Translations under genes and position numbers: made by a program
Source: a virus
Direction: 5' to 3' (one strand)
Virus record (IMG/VR): IMGVR_UViG_3300032286_000547
Location: 46,148-110,147 of that record
Length of the DNA stretch: 64,000 nt
Shown here: one piece after another, positions 35,010 to 45,828 of the stretch
Layout: each line of letters starts with the position of its first letter
How positions within the stretch are numbered: the stretch's first letter is position 1
The notes under the pieces: generated by a model
The model's database searches: none
Told to the model about the DNA's origin: nothing
Seen by the model: the letters and a program-made list of their open reading frames with translations, nothing else

Positions 35010-35336
35010 TTAAATTGTTTCTCTTTTTACTAACCAAATTTGTCTCTCGTTAAGATCTTGTGAGATTCTCATATTATGATCCTCACCTGACACTCCCCAA
35101 ACTTTTGTTGTTCTGGTATATGAATTTCCATTCCAAGTATAAGTGTTTGTTATCACATTTTGTTTAGCACTACATCTTACATTTGCATACATTGGTTGTT
35201 TTGTATGCCAATGCACTTTAGTTTTACTTAACGCTGGTGGTGTTAACACCTTTAAATATTTAAAGAATGACTGACAAGATATCATTATCTCATCACCTAC
35301 TTGTAAATCTTGAATTTCAATTAATTGATTTTCCAT
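35010..35336 (-). CDS. Hypothetical protein
   Basis: 108 aa ORF. Confidence 0.55.
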   Translation of the reverse strand: MENQLIEIQDLQVGDEIMISCQSFFKYLKVLTPPALSKTKVHWHTKQPMYANVRCSAKQNVITNTYTWNGNSYTRTTKVWGVSGEDHNMRISQDLNERQIWLVKRETI

Positions 35337-35347
35337 GTTTTCTAATT

Positions 35348-36067
35348 TTAAAAGGGCAGGTCAACATCTAACCATTGAACACTAAACCCATTGTTTTCTT
35401 CTAATAATCTATTCACCTTTGCAAACACACCTTCTGTATCCCAATCTATTGATTTATAGGAAGCACTTGCTGGATGAGACACTTCAAATACATGGGTAAA
35501 TATACCTGTGTATTTTTTGTATTTTGCAGCATCTTTCCCTAAGAATATAATAGGAACACCTAAGTGGTTTATAATTTCCTCAAAAAGATATTTTACAAGT
35601 GGTTCCCATATTTCCATATGACTACCAGCTTTGTTCATCTCTGTTGTTAATGCTGCATTGAACATTAGAACACCCTGTTTAGCTAAGAAGCTAACATCTG
35701 GATTCTCTATAATATTCAAGTTTAGCCCATCGTAAAATTCTCTCTCCATAGCTCCATAGAATTGAGCTAATGAAGGTTGAACTTGTTCTGTAATAGAACA
35801 ACCCATAAGTAATCCATCTGCTACTGGAGCATCATTCTTGAATGTGTGATATGGACACATACCAACCATTACCACTTTAAGATCATCAAGTGATGTTTCT
35901 TTAAAGCATCTCCATACATGCATAGATAGAGGAGCAACTTTCTTACCTCTCTTACTCTCTGCTTTTAGAAATGCATAAATCTTATCACATTCTTCACTCT
36001 CAATAAATGGCTTCATTTTACCATGCCAGCTTTCATGAAACTGATGTTTAAAATTTTCCCAATTCAT
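35348..36067 (-). CDS. ung: Family-1 uracil-DNA glycosylase-like protein (atypical GMCPY motif)
   Basis: KVV..GMCPYH, ADGL, PSL, A.QGVL.FN.ALT, GSH...W, SHPA. Confidence 0.8.
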   Translation of the reverse strand: MNWENFKHQFHESWHGKMKPFIESEECDKIYAFLKAESKRGKKVAPLSMHVWRCFKETSLDDLKVVMVGMCPYHTFKNDAPVADGLLMGCSITEQVQPSLAQFYGAMEREFYDGLNLNIIENPDVSFLAKQGVLMFNAALTTEMNKAGSHMEIWEPLVKYLFEEIINHLGVPIIFLGKDAAKYKKYTGIFTHVFEVSHPASASYKSIDWDTEGVFAKVNRLLEENNGFSVQWLDVDLPF

Positions 36068-37065
36068 ATTATTTCTTTTTGTGTTAAATATTTCTCTATA
36101 GTCTTTAGTCCATGTATGCGTGCTAGATCAGCCCAATCTTTAATTCCTTCATCTAGATAGATTCTAGGTACATTGCAATACTCAAATCCAAACTTATCAG
36201 TTATCATTTGAGAATTCTTTACACCAGTCTCGTCAGAATCAAAACTTAAGATTTGTCTATCAGAATTTTCCTTGATGTATTCAACGTTCTCTTCAGAGAA
36301 ACATCCCATACCTTCATTCTGTACAGCACAACAACATGGATAGATCTTTTTCATTACCATGTAATCCTTCTTACTCTTATTGATAAATGCAACATCACAA
36401 TCTTTTATATCTTGCAATCCATCCATCATTGTAATAGGCACATTATTAGGCATCCACTTATTCTTCTTATCAGCAAATGGTCTGTAGATTTTCCAATGTC
36501 CTTCATATAGATAACCAAATCTAAGCTCAGAGTCCTTTATAGGGAACTTCTGTTTGTTTAGATATACAGTGTCTATTGAATATACATTGTTAGCTCTAAG
36601 ATCATCTATGTCTTGATAATATGCATTCCAATATGCTAGTTCTTCGTGTGTGAACTTTCTTGTCTTCACTTGAATAAAATACTCACGTTTGGATGTAGCT
36701 GTTGGTTGTGCATAATCAGAAATAATCCTCTCATATTGTTTTGTAGAGGACCCACTGATAATCCCTAGGTCAAAATCTCTATCAATCATTAGTAAGGCAT
36801 CATTAAGATTTACATTGAATAACATCATTACAAAATTGAAACATCCACCTTTCTTGCTGGAATCTCCAAAATCTACATATCTCAATGCTCCTCCTCTATA
36901 TCCTATAATGAATGATGGATTCTTTTCATTTCTAAAGGGAGAATAAGTAACTACATTAATTTTCCAGTTCTGATGTGGCATATAGAATTTATAAATATCA
37001 TATTCAGATATCTTGTCTAGTATGCTATCAGGTGTCAATTTTACTCTCTTTTTCCCTTGTATCAT
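36064..37065 (-). CDS. DNA primase (crAss-type, TOPRIM)
   Basis: SPFR.E.NPSF, DFG....G.CF.FV, KS.KD, FDSDETG, KDW.D. Confidence 0.8.
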   Translation of the reverse strand: MIQGKKRVKLTPDSILDKISEYDIYKFYMPHQNWKINVVTYSPFRNEKNPSFIIGYRGGALRYVDFGDSSKKGGCFNFVMMLFNVNLNDALLMIDRDFDLGIISGSSTKQYERIISDYAQPTATSKREYFIQVKTRKFTHEELAYWNAYYQDIDDLRANNVYSIDTVYLNKQKFPIKDSELRFGYLYEGHWKIYRPFADKKNKWMPNNVPITMMDGLQDIKDCDVAFINKSKKDYMVMKKIYPCCCAVQNEGMGCFSEENVEYIKENSDRQILSFDSDETGVKNSQMITDKFGFEYCNVPRIYLDEGIKDWADLARIHGLKTIEKYLTQKEII

Positions 37066-37075
37066 AGTTTTAAAA

Positions 37076-37106
37076 TAAAAAAGCCTCACCATTTCTGATG
37101 AGGCCT
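37076..37106 (-). terminator. Probable intrinsic terminator
   Basis: GCCTCA...TGAGGC stem with A run on the + side. Confidence 0.55.
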
Positions 37107-37126
37107 CTTATCAACAATTAATTTAA

Positions 37127-37999
37127 TTAATAATCATCTCCTTCATCAGATATAAATGCATCAGAGGCAACTAAGTTATCATCTGCATTATAGTCTTGAA
37201 GGTCTTTAAATGTGTAATAGTCTTTACAACCATACTCACCTATAACGTTTACAACAAATTTTTCATAAGCTTTCAAATCACGAGGTTTCTTATTCTTAAG
37301 ACTCTCTTGCACCTTCTTACTTCCGTAATCTACAAGTCTGAATTGCTTCAATGCATATCCACTTAAGAATGCTTTATTATAGATACCTTGGTATTCTTTA
37401 GACTCTCCATCTTTCTCTTTAACTATTACAGTTGCAAGAGCTACAACAGATTTAGCCCACTCACCATCAATTTGGTCTTTCAAATCTTTTACATTACCAC
37501 GCATCAACTTCTTCCATTCTAATTGTAGAACAGTTTCTGAATCACGATAGTCAAGATCAGCTAACCATGTACGCATGAAATTGTAAAGATCTTCTTCACC
37601 TGTATATGCCACTCTGAAATCTCTTCCTTTGGTAAACCATTCAGCAAGATCATTTTCATCTGCAGCCCAAGAACACATACCAATAGAATTGATATATTGT
37701 TTCTTAGTACCATCTTTATTTTCTCTCTCCTTGTCTTCTAAAAAGAATGACACCTTGAATTTGTCTTGATTCTTAACTTCTTCTAACCAGAAGTCAACAC
37801 GTAGATAGATGTTACCATCTTTTGTCTCACCTAAATACTCAGCAGCTTTGCTGTCTTCTTTAAGTTCCATACCCAGAATGTCTTTAAACTCTTCTGCTGT
37901 TGGATTAATTGCAACCACGTTTGCTTCAAACAAACCTACTTTCTTTCCATACTCTACACTACCTGTGCTTTCTCTCTTTTTTCCTCCGATACTACTCAT
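37127..37999 (-). CDS. Putative ssDNA-binding protein
   Basis: Between AAA ATPase and primase; acidic C-tail ending DEGDDY. Confidence 0.55.
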   Translation of the reverse strand: MSSIGGKKRESTGSVEYGKKVGLFEANVVAINPTAEEFKDILGMELKEDSKAAEYLGETKDGNIYLRVDFWLEEVKNQDKFKVSFFLEDKERENKDGTKKQYINSIGMCSWAADENDLAEWFTKGRDFRVAYTGEEDLYNFMRTWLADLDYRDSETVLQLEWKKLMRGNVKDLKDQIDGEWAKSVVALATVIVKEKDGESKEYQGIYNKAFLSGYALKQFRLVDYGSKKVQESLKNKKPRDLKAYEKFVVNVIGEYGCKDYYTFKDLQDYNADDNLVASDAFISDEGDDY

Positions 38000-38011
38000 C
38001 TTAATTTAATT

Positions 38012-38683
38012 TTAGTTATAATATTCATTTAATGTGTCAACTACTAATTGTAAGTTGTTTGGTATTTTTGTTTCTGTAAACATACCATCAGGACTTTTAG
38101 CTGGAATCTTTTTGTAACGATTTGTTACAAATTCATAATTCACACTTCCATCTTTGTTTTCTTCTACATTAGTATATAATACCACTGTAAATAATCCTTC
38201 GAGATTGATTTGGTTATCAATAAGTTTACCTGATGTTTTCATTTTGTATCCTATGATATCTCCACCATCTTCAACAGTGTCTGGGTGAGAAAAATAAAAT
38301 ACAGTTAAATCATCTCTTAAATGTCTAGCAGTTTTAATCATTGCAACAGTGTCTCTAGCCATAACACTGAACTTTTCATAACCTTTTTCCATTGCTTTAT
38401 CAAGCATTGTGAATCCCATTACATAATTACTATCCTCAAGGATTATTTGTTTAATGTGAGGAGCTTTCTCTGAGATAGTCTTTAACAAACGAGTGATCTC
38501 GTTAGCATCATCTATCTCTTTGTAATTCTTGTTTTCTACATTGTAAAGTTTCTCACTTCCCTTGAAAGGAAGCTCTTTCTTTGCAACATTAATGATGTAC
38601 GTTTCTTCTGGATTTAGATGTTTAATACTGGTTGATTTACCTGTACCTGTAGCACCAACAATCCCTACTAATTTACTTGCCAT
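38012..38683 (-). CDS. AAA_24/Sak4-like ATPase
   Basis: G.TGTGKSTS, K.LPF, KT.GK.ID, EGLFT.VL, AKSP.GMF, PN.L. Confidence 0.85.
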   Translation of the reverse strand: MASKLVGIVGATGTGKSTSIKHLNPEETYIINVAKKELPFKGSEKLYNVENKNYKEIDDANEITRLLKTISEKAPHIKQIILEDSNYVMGFTMLDKAMEKGYEKFSVMARDTVAMIKTARHLRDDLTVFYFSHPDTVEDGGDIIGYKMKTSGKLIDNQINLEGLFTVVLYTNVEENKDGSVNYEFVTNRYKKIPAKSPDGMFTETKIPNNLQLVVDTLNEYYN

Positions 38684-38751
38684 TGTTTTACTTGCTTTAA
38701 TTATTAATATTTAGTTTTAAGTTATAAAGATACGAATAATTTTTTTAATTA

Positions 38752-39828
38752 TCAAACATATTTTATCTTATTTGTGTCAAAAAATTCTAGTGCTTTTGAT
38801 AACCACTTTAGCTCTGTAGGTTCAGTGGTGCTTACAATATAGATGTGTGCTTTCTTATCAGGAGTGTTATACTCCATGGCCATACATCTATTTATCTTCT
38901 GTGCTAGATTCTCTGCATTACTATCAAAATAGTTTATGATCACTTTATCAAGAGGCTTATACGTTACACCTGTATTACCAATCTTCACAACAGCCAGGTG
39001 ATTACCTTTACCTTCAGCAAAGTCTTCAAAGAGTTGTTTCTCACTTGATTTGCTATGATAGGAAGGAATTCCTAAGTTGTCAGCTATCTTGGTAACACCA
39101 CAGAACACTAACACTCTCTCATCAGCATGTTTCTCTAGCAACGCTTTGGTTGCTTTAACCTTGGCCAATGATGATTGTATCAGTCTCATTCTAGCAAGAC
39201 GCATAAACATTGTATCAGATCCACTGTTCTGCAGTTTATTAATCACCCAGGTTAAAGCATCAAACTGTTTCTTTTCAGTCTTTTGCTTTCCCTTGTAATC
39301 CTGCAGCGTAACATTGTCTAATGGTACTCTGATAACATGTATCTCATAATCTACAATAACACCTTCCTCAATTGCTTTTTCAATTGGATAGGTTGCTATT
39401 ACATGAAGATCTAATTCTTCTTCAAGGGTTCTTTCTGTCCAACTGGATAATGTACCAGTGAGACCAAGGATCTGTCCATTAACATCAAACAGGTCCTTAC
39501 ACACTTCTATTTGAGCCTCGCTCAATAGATGTATCTCATCGATGATTACAACATCAAAGCTCTGATCAGCATACTTCTTTAATGATAGATGTGTAGTGTA
39601 TGTGACAATGCTGTCATCAAATCCTAGCTCTTCAAAATCAGCTTGCCAAGCATCTTTAATCTTGTTATCTGGATAAGCAATCAATATGCTTTCAGGTTTT
39701 AGTTTGTTTAGAGCATGTATACTAGTTCTAATCTTACCAAACCTAGGACATAGATTTAGAATTCCATACTTACCATGCTTTAACCATGTGTCAGCAAACT
39801 CTTTCTGTCTTTTATCTCTTATTGTCAT
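38752..39828 (-). CDS. SF2 helicase
   Basis: PRFGK, IIDEIH, GLTGT, Q.I.R motifs. Confidence 0.8.
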   Translation of the reverse strand: MTIRDKRQKEFADTWLKHGKYGILNLCPRFGKIRTSIHALNKLKPESILIAYPDNKIKDAWQADFEELGFDDSIVTYTTHLSLKKYADQSFDVVIIDEIHLLSEAQIEVCKDLFDVNGQILGLTGTLSSWTERTLEEELDLHVIATYPIEKAIEEGVIVDYEIHVIRVPLDNVTLQDYKGKQKTEKKQFDALTWVINKLQNSGSDTMFMRLARMRLIQSSLAKVKATKALLEKHADERVLVFCGVTKIADNLGIPSYHSKSSEKQLFEDFAEGKGNHLAVVKIGNTGVTYKPLDKVIINYFDSNAENLAQKINRCMAMEYNTPDKKAHIYIVSTTEPTELKWLSKALEFFDTNKIKYV

Positions 39829-39916
39829 TTTTGTCCTTTGCTAATTAAATAATCAAACAGCCAGATTGCTTTGGGTCTTATGAATTCATAAGCTACCCAT
39901 ATTAATATATACTTTA

Positions 39917-40981
39917 TCATCTTAAGAAATATGATTTGTTAGTAATAGCTTCATAATCACTGTCTGTGATGTCTCTCTTTCTTGGGAGCTCTTTGAACAT
40001 ACCAATCTGGCCTAAGAAACCAAGACCAATACGCACATCATCTTCTCCATAAGAATTCTTGATTAGTCTAAGACTTCTGAAGTATTTAGCTCCATAATCA
40101 TCTTTTAACTTATCAAGATTATAACCTGATGGGTCTGCCACTTTATACCTCATAGGATCAAATAATGCCATAACAATATCAGCATCATTCTGTGTTGCTG
40201 AACTGTCTGCAAAATCTTCTAGTTGAGGTTCTACATCTCCATTCTTTATCCTAGAAGGATTAGAGATGTCACGATTAAACTGACTAACCACTACAGGACT
40301 ATATCCATAGAAGTCTCTAGCATATCTCAGCTCATCAGACATCTTATCAATGGCCTGCTTCTTTGTAGGTTGTGTAGTAGTAAGTTTTAGAAGACCAATG
40401 TGATCAATAACCACCATAGTTATTTCATTTGGATCCTCAGGAACATAAATCTTATTGTATTCATCTAGCTGTTCAATAGAACCTCTCTCTAATGCATACT
40501 TCTTAAGATCTTTAGCTATACCTACAGGGTTCTCTGGTCCATCAATGATTGTAACTATATCACTAAGATGATTGACATAGTCTTCATAATACAAGAATAG
40601 ATCATGTTCATCTTTAGTCATCTTCTCAGTCCAACCTAATAGCTTACCTACAGGAATGATAATTCCTTGGTCCAAAAATATCTTACGAGCTACCCACTTG
40701 GCCATCTTGTAAGTTCTACTACGCTCCATAGATCTATACCAAACCTTCACCTTCACTCCTGAAGCTATTCCTTCTTTAGACATAGCCCAATCAACAGGAT
40801 TAAGAACAAATGCATCATCAATAAAGGATGTCTTACCAGAACCTGTAAGTCCACCTACTAGATAGTACATACCCTTACGGATACCTACATATCTATTCAG
40901 TCTATCGAATCCCATAGGAATTCCACCGTTCTTACCTTGAAGGCCTTTATCAACCTCTGCTTTTAATAGTTCAAAACTCAT
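39917..40981 (-). CDS. DnaB-like replicative helicase
   Basis: GG.TGSGKT, SME, IDHIGL, VSQFNR, P.L.D...S....DAD, KN. Confidence 0.85.
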   Translation of the reverse strand: MSFELLKAEVDKGLQGKNGGIPMGFDRLNRYVGIRKGMYYLVGGLTGSGKTSFIDDAFVLNPVDWAMSKEGIASGVKVKVWYRSMERSRTYKMAKWVARKIFLDQGIIIPVGKLLGWTEKMTKDEHDLFLYYEDYVNHLSDIVTIIDGPENPVGIAKDLKKYALERGSIEQLDEYNKIYVPEDPNEITMVVIDHIGLLKLTTTQPTKKQAIDKMSDELRYARDFYGYSPVVVSQFNRDISNPSRIKNGDVEPQLEDFADSSATQNDADIVMALFDPMRYKVADPSGYNLDKLKDDYGAKYFRSLRLIKNSYGEDDVRIGLGFLGQIGMFKELPRKRDITDSDYEAITNKSYFLR

Positions 40982-41146
40982 GTTCTATTTTTTTAGATGG
41001 GTAACGATGTACCTTTGATGTAGGATTTTCTTCAATTGCTTCTTTCAACGAATCATATGATTTATATGGTGGATGTGGTATGTATCCACAACCTTCTTCA
41101 TAAAGATAAATATCAGGCATGCAATTAAATATAACAATTGTTTGTT

Positions 41147-41344
41147 TCATAACTTTTCTATTTCTTGTTTAACTTCTTCCCAAAATGGTTTCATTACTTC
41201 ATAACAGTGTTTTAATATCTTATCAACTGCCATTATAGCACATACTTTAGCATCTTCCCAAGCTTCTTCATCATTCATTAAATTAGCCTTTAAATAACTA
41301 TAGTATTCATTAAATAACTCCTCTGCTTCTGCTTTACTGTTCAT
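41147..41344 (-). CDS. Small phage protein (KA.EL...AK.CA..AVD.I...W.EVKQEIEKL pattern)
   Basis: 65 aa ORF. Confidence 0.6.
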   Translation of the reverse strand: MNSKAEAEELFNEYYSYLKANLMNDEEAWEDAKVCAIMAVDKILKHCYEVMKPFWEEVKQEIEKL

Positions 41345-41973
41345 TATATATCTGTACCTCCTGTTGGTTTTTGTGGTGCTATGTCTATTTTAGCTCCATC
41401 ATTAATTAGTTCAATGAATGGTTCAAATGATCTCTGGTTTAGATATACAGAAGATCCCTGCATGAATGTTAGTCTATTACTATTTGTAGTGATAGAATTC
41501 TCTTTCTTTTGTGTGATTTCAAAATTCAAAGCAGCTATAAGCTGTGTAGCTGTATATTCTCCTTCTAGTATTATCTTGTCAAACTTCAGTCTGCAGTCTT
41601 CTTTGTATAGTCTAAGTGCTCTAGTGCCTTTAAATGTCTTACCCTTATACTCAAATGAATCAGTACCTGGGTAAGTCTTCCACCATTCCTCAAAATCTGT
41701 ACTGGCTGGCTTTCTTCTTATTATTCTTCCTGTGCTCTTGGCATTCATGAAATCTAATAAGTCTCTACCTAATGTTGTGATCTTCTCATCATCTGGTGTT
41801 ATAAGTCCTTTCCTTATCAAAGAATGATAGACAGATGCAATCTTCATACTTCCATCACATAGTGGTGAAACATCAAACCTATCGTCTATCAACTTTAATA
41901 AGAATATTACATCAAGATTATAACCTCGTTTGATGAGCTCCTCGAACTGTTCTGGTGTTACGTTCAGCTTCAT
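41344..41973 (-). CDS. Putative replication initiation/helicase-loader-like protein
   Basis: wHTH-like N-terminus, FEEWW..YP and ..YLNQ..FE; upstream of helicase. Confidence 0.5.
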   Translation of the reverse strand: MKLNVTPEQFEELIKRGYNLDVIFLLKLIDDRFDVSPLCDGSMKIASVYHSLIRKGLITPDDEKITTLGRDLLDFMNAKSTGRIIRRKPASTDFEEWWKTYPGTDSFEYKGKTFKGTRALRLYKEDCRLKFDKIILEGEYTATQLIAALNFEITQKKENSITTNSNRLTFMQGSSVYLNQRSFEPFIELINDGAKIDIAPQKPTGGTDI

Positions 41974-42133
41974 CTGTTAAAATTGGTGTTACTACTTTAA
42001 TTAATGCAGGCAAACGTTTTTTACGTTCCTGCTCCTCTTCCCATTGTTGCCATTCTAATTGCATATCATGGTGTCTTTCCATAGCATAGATATGGTCATT
42101 AGGATATTCCCAATCTTCCAATACCCAATCCAT
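41918..42133 (-). CDS. Hypothetical protein
   Basis: 71 aa ORF. Confidence 0.45.
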   Translation of the reverse strand: MDWVLEDWEYPNDHIYAMERHHDMQLEWQQWEEEQERKKRLPALIKVVTPILTDEAERNTRTVRGAHQTRL

Positions 42134-42399
42134 TATTCAACTTTTCTAGGTCTTCCAACAGATCTTTTCTCAACTTGTGCATTATTTGCAACAGTTGGTT
42201 TCTTCTTGTTGTAATACCTTTTCTTCTTTCTTTTAGGTGCTTCTGTTGTAGAAAGATCAGTCACTTTTCTAGGTTGAAACTTTGGGCGTACATATGTATC
42301 TGTTTCTTGTTCTTTACTTGATATTTTCATCATAAAATAAGAAAAGATTGATAAAAATACTAATATGCATACTAATGCAATAATGTTAGGTGTTTCCAT
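42133..42399 (-). CDS. Membrane-anchored basic protein
   Basis: N-terminal TM; C-terminal GRPRK AT-hook-like motif. Confidence 0.55.
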   Translation of the reverse strand: METPNIIALVCILVFLSIFSYFMMKISSKEQETDTYVRPKFQPRKVTDLSTTEAPKRKKKRYYNKKKPTVANNAQVEKRSVGRPRKVE

Positions 42400-42404
42400 A
42401 ATTT

Positions 42405-42662
42405 TTAATTTTTAATGCGAAGACCAAACTGTAAATTGAACCAGTCAAAAGTTTGTTCAGCCCTGCTTTTGTTACATTTAAAGATTTTCTTTATTAGAGG
42501 AATAGCATAACGCTTGAATTCCTCGTGTTGTTCTTGATTCATGGTCCAATTGAAGTACCACATATCATCATCTAGTGTGTCCACTAGTCTTTTACCAACC
42601 ATATCAAGTTGATACTCGATTAAATGTCTGGTAATGTTTGCTCTGTTCACTTTAGCTTTCAT
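42405..42662 (-). CDS. Hypothetical protein
   Basis: 85 aa, coupled to polB. Confidence 0.55.
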   Translation of the reverse strand: MKAKVNRANITRHLIEYQLDMVGKRLVDTLDDDMWYFNWTMNQEQHEEFKRYAIPLIKKIFKCNKSRAEQTFDWFNLQFGLRIKN

Positions 42663-44623
42663 TCAAATAAATTTAATTGGTTTGGAATAAAGACTGTTTT
42701 GATTCTCTTACCTTCAGTTTTTATCTTTGTTACTATCCTGTTTGCTTTCTCAATATAGTAATCATAATTGACATTGTCAACTGATGCATTCTTTGGTAAG
42801 AAGTTACACACTTTACATACCCATTCACCAGCTTCCACTTGACTAACAGCAGCTGCTCTAGTCTGACATTCAGGGTTCTTCACCTTGAATATCTTCTCAC
42901 CAGTGTTGGATACATAGTATCTGATTAGTTTGTTATACACAGTCTTTTCACCTGTAGATCTATTAGTTCCTTCATAATGGAAACTTCTACTGGCCTTCTG
43001 TCTTATGCAAAAATCATATAGATTCTTGTGATTACGAATTGTAGTATCAACAGGTACACCATGAACAAAATACTGCTCAAGAGCAATCGGAACCACTCTT
43101 GCTGATTTATTTTTGTGTAATTCAAAGTCAGTAAGGAAATCACCCTTCTTTTTAATTTCTCCATTAGTCATAATTGCTAAGTAATCATTCACCGTACTAA
43201 AGATAATCTTGGAATAGTCAGTTCTCTCTAACTCATATTGAGTTATGCTACACCACCAGTCATTAAGTTTATGCATCAAAGGAATCAACTCTTTCTTAAT
43301 CCTGATAGTTACACCATCTGTGTTTGCAGAGATCACCTGTATGCCATTCAATTCATATTGTTCTATAAGCATCATTAGACTAAGCTCACCAGTAATCGTG
43401 GTGAACATAGTTAACTGCCTATCAAATATCCATGATTGCATATCAGATGACTTACCATACACAGAGTTAACTGCAAGTTTAAGTGCTCCTACAATTCCTT
43501 TAATCTTCTTGTCTTTCTTTGCTAGCGGTTTAAGCTCCAATCTCTTATCAAACATCTGTTTGTATCCCCTAAGGAATTCTTTACCCAAATGAGCAGGAAA
43601 CTGCCCATTATTGATGATGATTGCTGGATAATAAGAACTAACATCCCAATCGATTATCTCGTACTCTTCATCAGCCTCAAACACATGAGGTTTGTTCTCT
43701 GTATGAAGACCTCCTTTCATAAACGAATATACATTCCCATAGAAATGTAACTCCTCTTTGAAATCATCTTGAAGACCTAATTGAGTCTTCTTTATTCTTT
43801 TTAAGAAATCACTAAGTTCTGGTGTCTGGAAGACAACATATTTAGAAATGCAATTTTTAAGATGTATATTCTTTCTAAAGTATCCTTTTCTAGGAAGTTC
43901 TTTATACTCAATACCTTTCTCTTGGCAATAGTACTTCTTGATCATTTCATCACCTATCTTACTGTCTGAATAATTCAAACAAGGAATACCAAACTCTTCA
44001 TAGATATCTTGTCTAAGTTCTATTTGGTTGTTTCCTTTGTATAATGGGTGATCAGTCTCACCTAGTGTCACTTTATAGAATTCATAAGTTGCATCAACAT
44101 CATTGAAACAATAGTCTATGGTGAGATCTATCTCTTCCTTAGTCATGTTTGTTTTGCTGTGATGAATAGGCATCTCTTCAATGTTCTCTAGGTCCATCTC
44201 AAACTCTAGTCTTTTAAGAGAGACCATACGATTCTTATTATCGTAGTGATGTATCTTAAATAGATCTATTTGTTTGAGTGTTAGTTCGTGCTCTCTGTAT
44301 TCTGGAAACACATCATAATTGGCATCATGAATAACATCAGCAGCTTTCTGTGCTATCTTAGCACATATTTCTAAATTAGATAGTTCATGCCAATTTTCAT
44401 AGTTTCTCAAGACCCATTCAACAACCTGACTGTCAAAGCGTAGATTATTATATCCTACCCAATAAGCACTAGGATTAGCTTCTGTGTATCTAACAAACTT
44501 ATCTAGTTCGTTTTTCCATCTAGAAACTTGAAAGCTCTTACCAGCTTTACCAGGCACCATACAAACTATTAAGAATAGTTCTTGCATGGTTTCTATGTCA
44601 TATATTATTACGTTATCTTTCAT
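42659..44623 (-). CDS. Family B DNA polymerase with 3'-5' exonuclease
   Basis: YDIE, GYN...FD, DVSSYYP, KLAVNSVYGK, NTDG; likely start ATG 44623. Confidence 0.92.
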   Translation of the reverse strand: MKDNVIIYDIETMQELFLIVCMVPGKAGKSFQVSRWKNELDKFVRYTEANPSAYWVGYNNLRFDSQVVEWVLRNYENWHELSNLEICAKIAQKAADVIHDANYDVFPEYREHELTLKQIDLFKIHHYDNKNRMVSLKRLEFEMDLENIEEMPIHHSKTNMTKEEIDLTIDYCFNDVDATYEFYKVTLGETDHPLYKGNNQIELRQDIYEEFGIPCLNYSDSKIGDEMIKKYYCQEKGIEYKELPRKGYFRKNIHLKNCISKYVVFQTPELSDFLKRIKKTQLGLQDDFKEELHFYGNVYSFMKGGLHTENKPHVFEADEEYEIIDWDVSSYYPAIIINNGQFPAHLGKEFLRGYKQMFDKRLELKPLAKKDKKIKGIVGALKLAVNSVYGKSSDMQSWIFDRQLTMFTTITGELSLMMLIEQYELNGIQVISANTDGVTIRIKKELIPLMHKLNDWWCSITQYELERTDYSKIIFSTVNDYLAIMTNGEIKKKGDFLTDFELHKNKSARVVPIALEQYFVHGVPVDTTIRNHKNLYDFCIRQKASRSFHYEGTNRSTGEKTVYNKLIRYYVSNTGEKIFKVKNPECQTRAAAVSQVEAGEWVCKVCNFLPKNASVDNVNYDYYIEKANRIVTKIKTEGKRIKTVFIPNQLNLFE

Positions 44624-44817
44624 TCTCTTGTTGATTTTTTGTGATCTTTCCAATCTAGCCAAAAGCCAATTGCTACAATGATGTTCATTCCAAATGAAGC
44701 TATGATTTCATATATGTCTTCATATACATTAGTGGTAAGATGAATATGCCCTACCATCCAAAAAGGTATGGCAAGGTTATTTGATATCCATCTTACTAAA
44801 TAATTTATAAACTTCAT
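44620..44817 (-). CDS. Small membrane protein
   Basis: 65 aa, hydrophobic; - strand TATCTTTG just upstream. Confidence 0.5.
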   Translation of the reverse strand: MKFINYLVRWISNNLAIPFWMVGHIHLTTNVYEDIYEIIASFGMNIIVAIGFWLDWKDHKKSTRE

Positions 44818-44860
44818 AGCCTACAAAGATAATGAAAAATATTATATTATTCTAATAATT

Positions 44861-45358
44861 TTAGTTATCAAAGTAATATCTAACGTGATCAGAGTATACA
44901 ACAATTCTACTTGGTACACCAGTGAAGGCCATAACACCTACAGGTACTTCAATACCTATTTCTGCAGGCTGTCTTTCAATTGGTTTCTCAACAATCTCTT
45001 CACAGATCTCTTTAAAAGATTGTGCTGCTTCAGTTGCTTCGATGTCTTCAATTATCTCTACAATTCTTTTGTCAAAGTTATCCATTAAAGAACCTGGTAA
45101 TGGTTCAAAATCAATCACTTCTTGAACTGTAGCTGGTCTAATAGCTTTAGGTTTTCTACCTCTTGATTTTCTAGTAGGACCTGTCCATGTGTTATGGATC
45201 TTTCTAGTTTGTCTAGCAAGTAATACTATTTTAGTGTAAAGACCAGATAGTGGTCTTTCAAACTCCTCTGATAATTCATCAGCAATGATAGGTAATGGTT
45301 TACCTGTTCTAATCTCTTGTTTAATTCGATTAACTTCCTTGGGTGTGTAATGTTTCAT
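44861..45358 (-). CDS. Putative DNA-binding protein
   Basis: HTH-like N-terminus, basic linker. Confidence 0.5.
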   Translation of the reverse strand: MKHYTPKEVNRIKQEIRTGKPLPIIADELSEEFERPLSGLYTKIVLLARQTRKIHNTWTGPTRKSRGRKPKAIRPATVQEVIDFEPLPGSLMDNFDKRIVEIIEDIEATEAAQSFKEICEEIVEKPIERQPAEIGIEVPVGVMAFTGVPSRIVVYSDHVRYYFDN

Positions 45359-45381
45359 AATTTTAAAATTTAGTTGTTTAT

Positions 45382-45828
45382 TTATTCTTCTTCTAATCCT
45401 TCGTCTAGTGTTGTATCCCAGTCTTCAAAATCATCTGGTACAACTGTCAATACTACTTTCCCATCATAAATAACTGGTCCATAGTCTTCATCTACCTCAA
45501 TATCAACATATCCATCAAGCTCTCTTAATAGATAGTTAACATCATCTAGTGTAATGTCTCTAAGTTCATCTGTGTCTTCTCCATCATCCCACCAACCTAT
45601 TTCATCATGTGTAGCAAGTAATTCTTCATCTTCATCAATGATGACTAGTTCTACAGGTGCACCATGTTTGGCCATAAATGCATCAGGATCTTCTGGTATC
45701 TCTTCAAGCTCAAACAGCTCAATGTATGGATCAATAACACCAACAGATATTCTGTTAATGAAAAGCATTCCTACCTCCAATTCAGAAGGTAGGTAGCTTG
45801 ACAATGATATTTCTGCAGGCAACCACAT
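45382..45828 (-). CDS. Highly acidic hypothetical protein
   Basis: 148 aa, Asp/Glu-rich. Confidence 0.6.
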   Translation of the reverse strand: MWLPAEISLSSYLPSELEVGMLFINRISVGVIDPYIELFELEEIPEDPDAFMAKHGAPVELVIIDEDEELLATHDEIGWWDDGEDTDELRDITLDDVNYLLRELDGYVDIEVDEDYGPVIYDGKVVLTVVPDDFEDWDTTLDEGLEEE

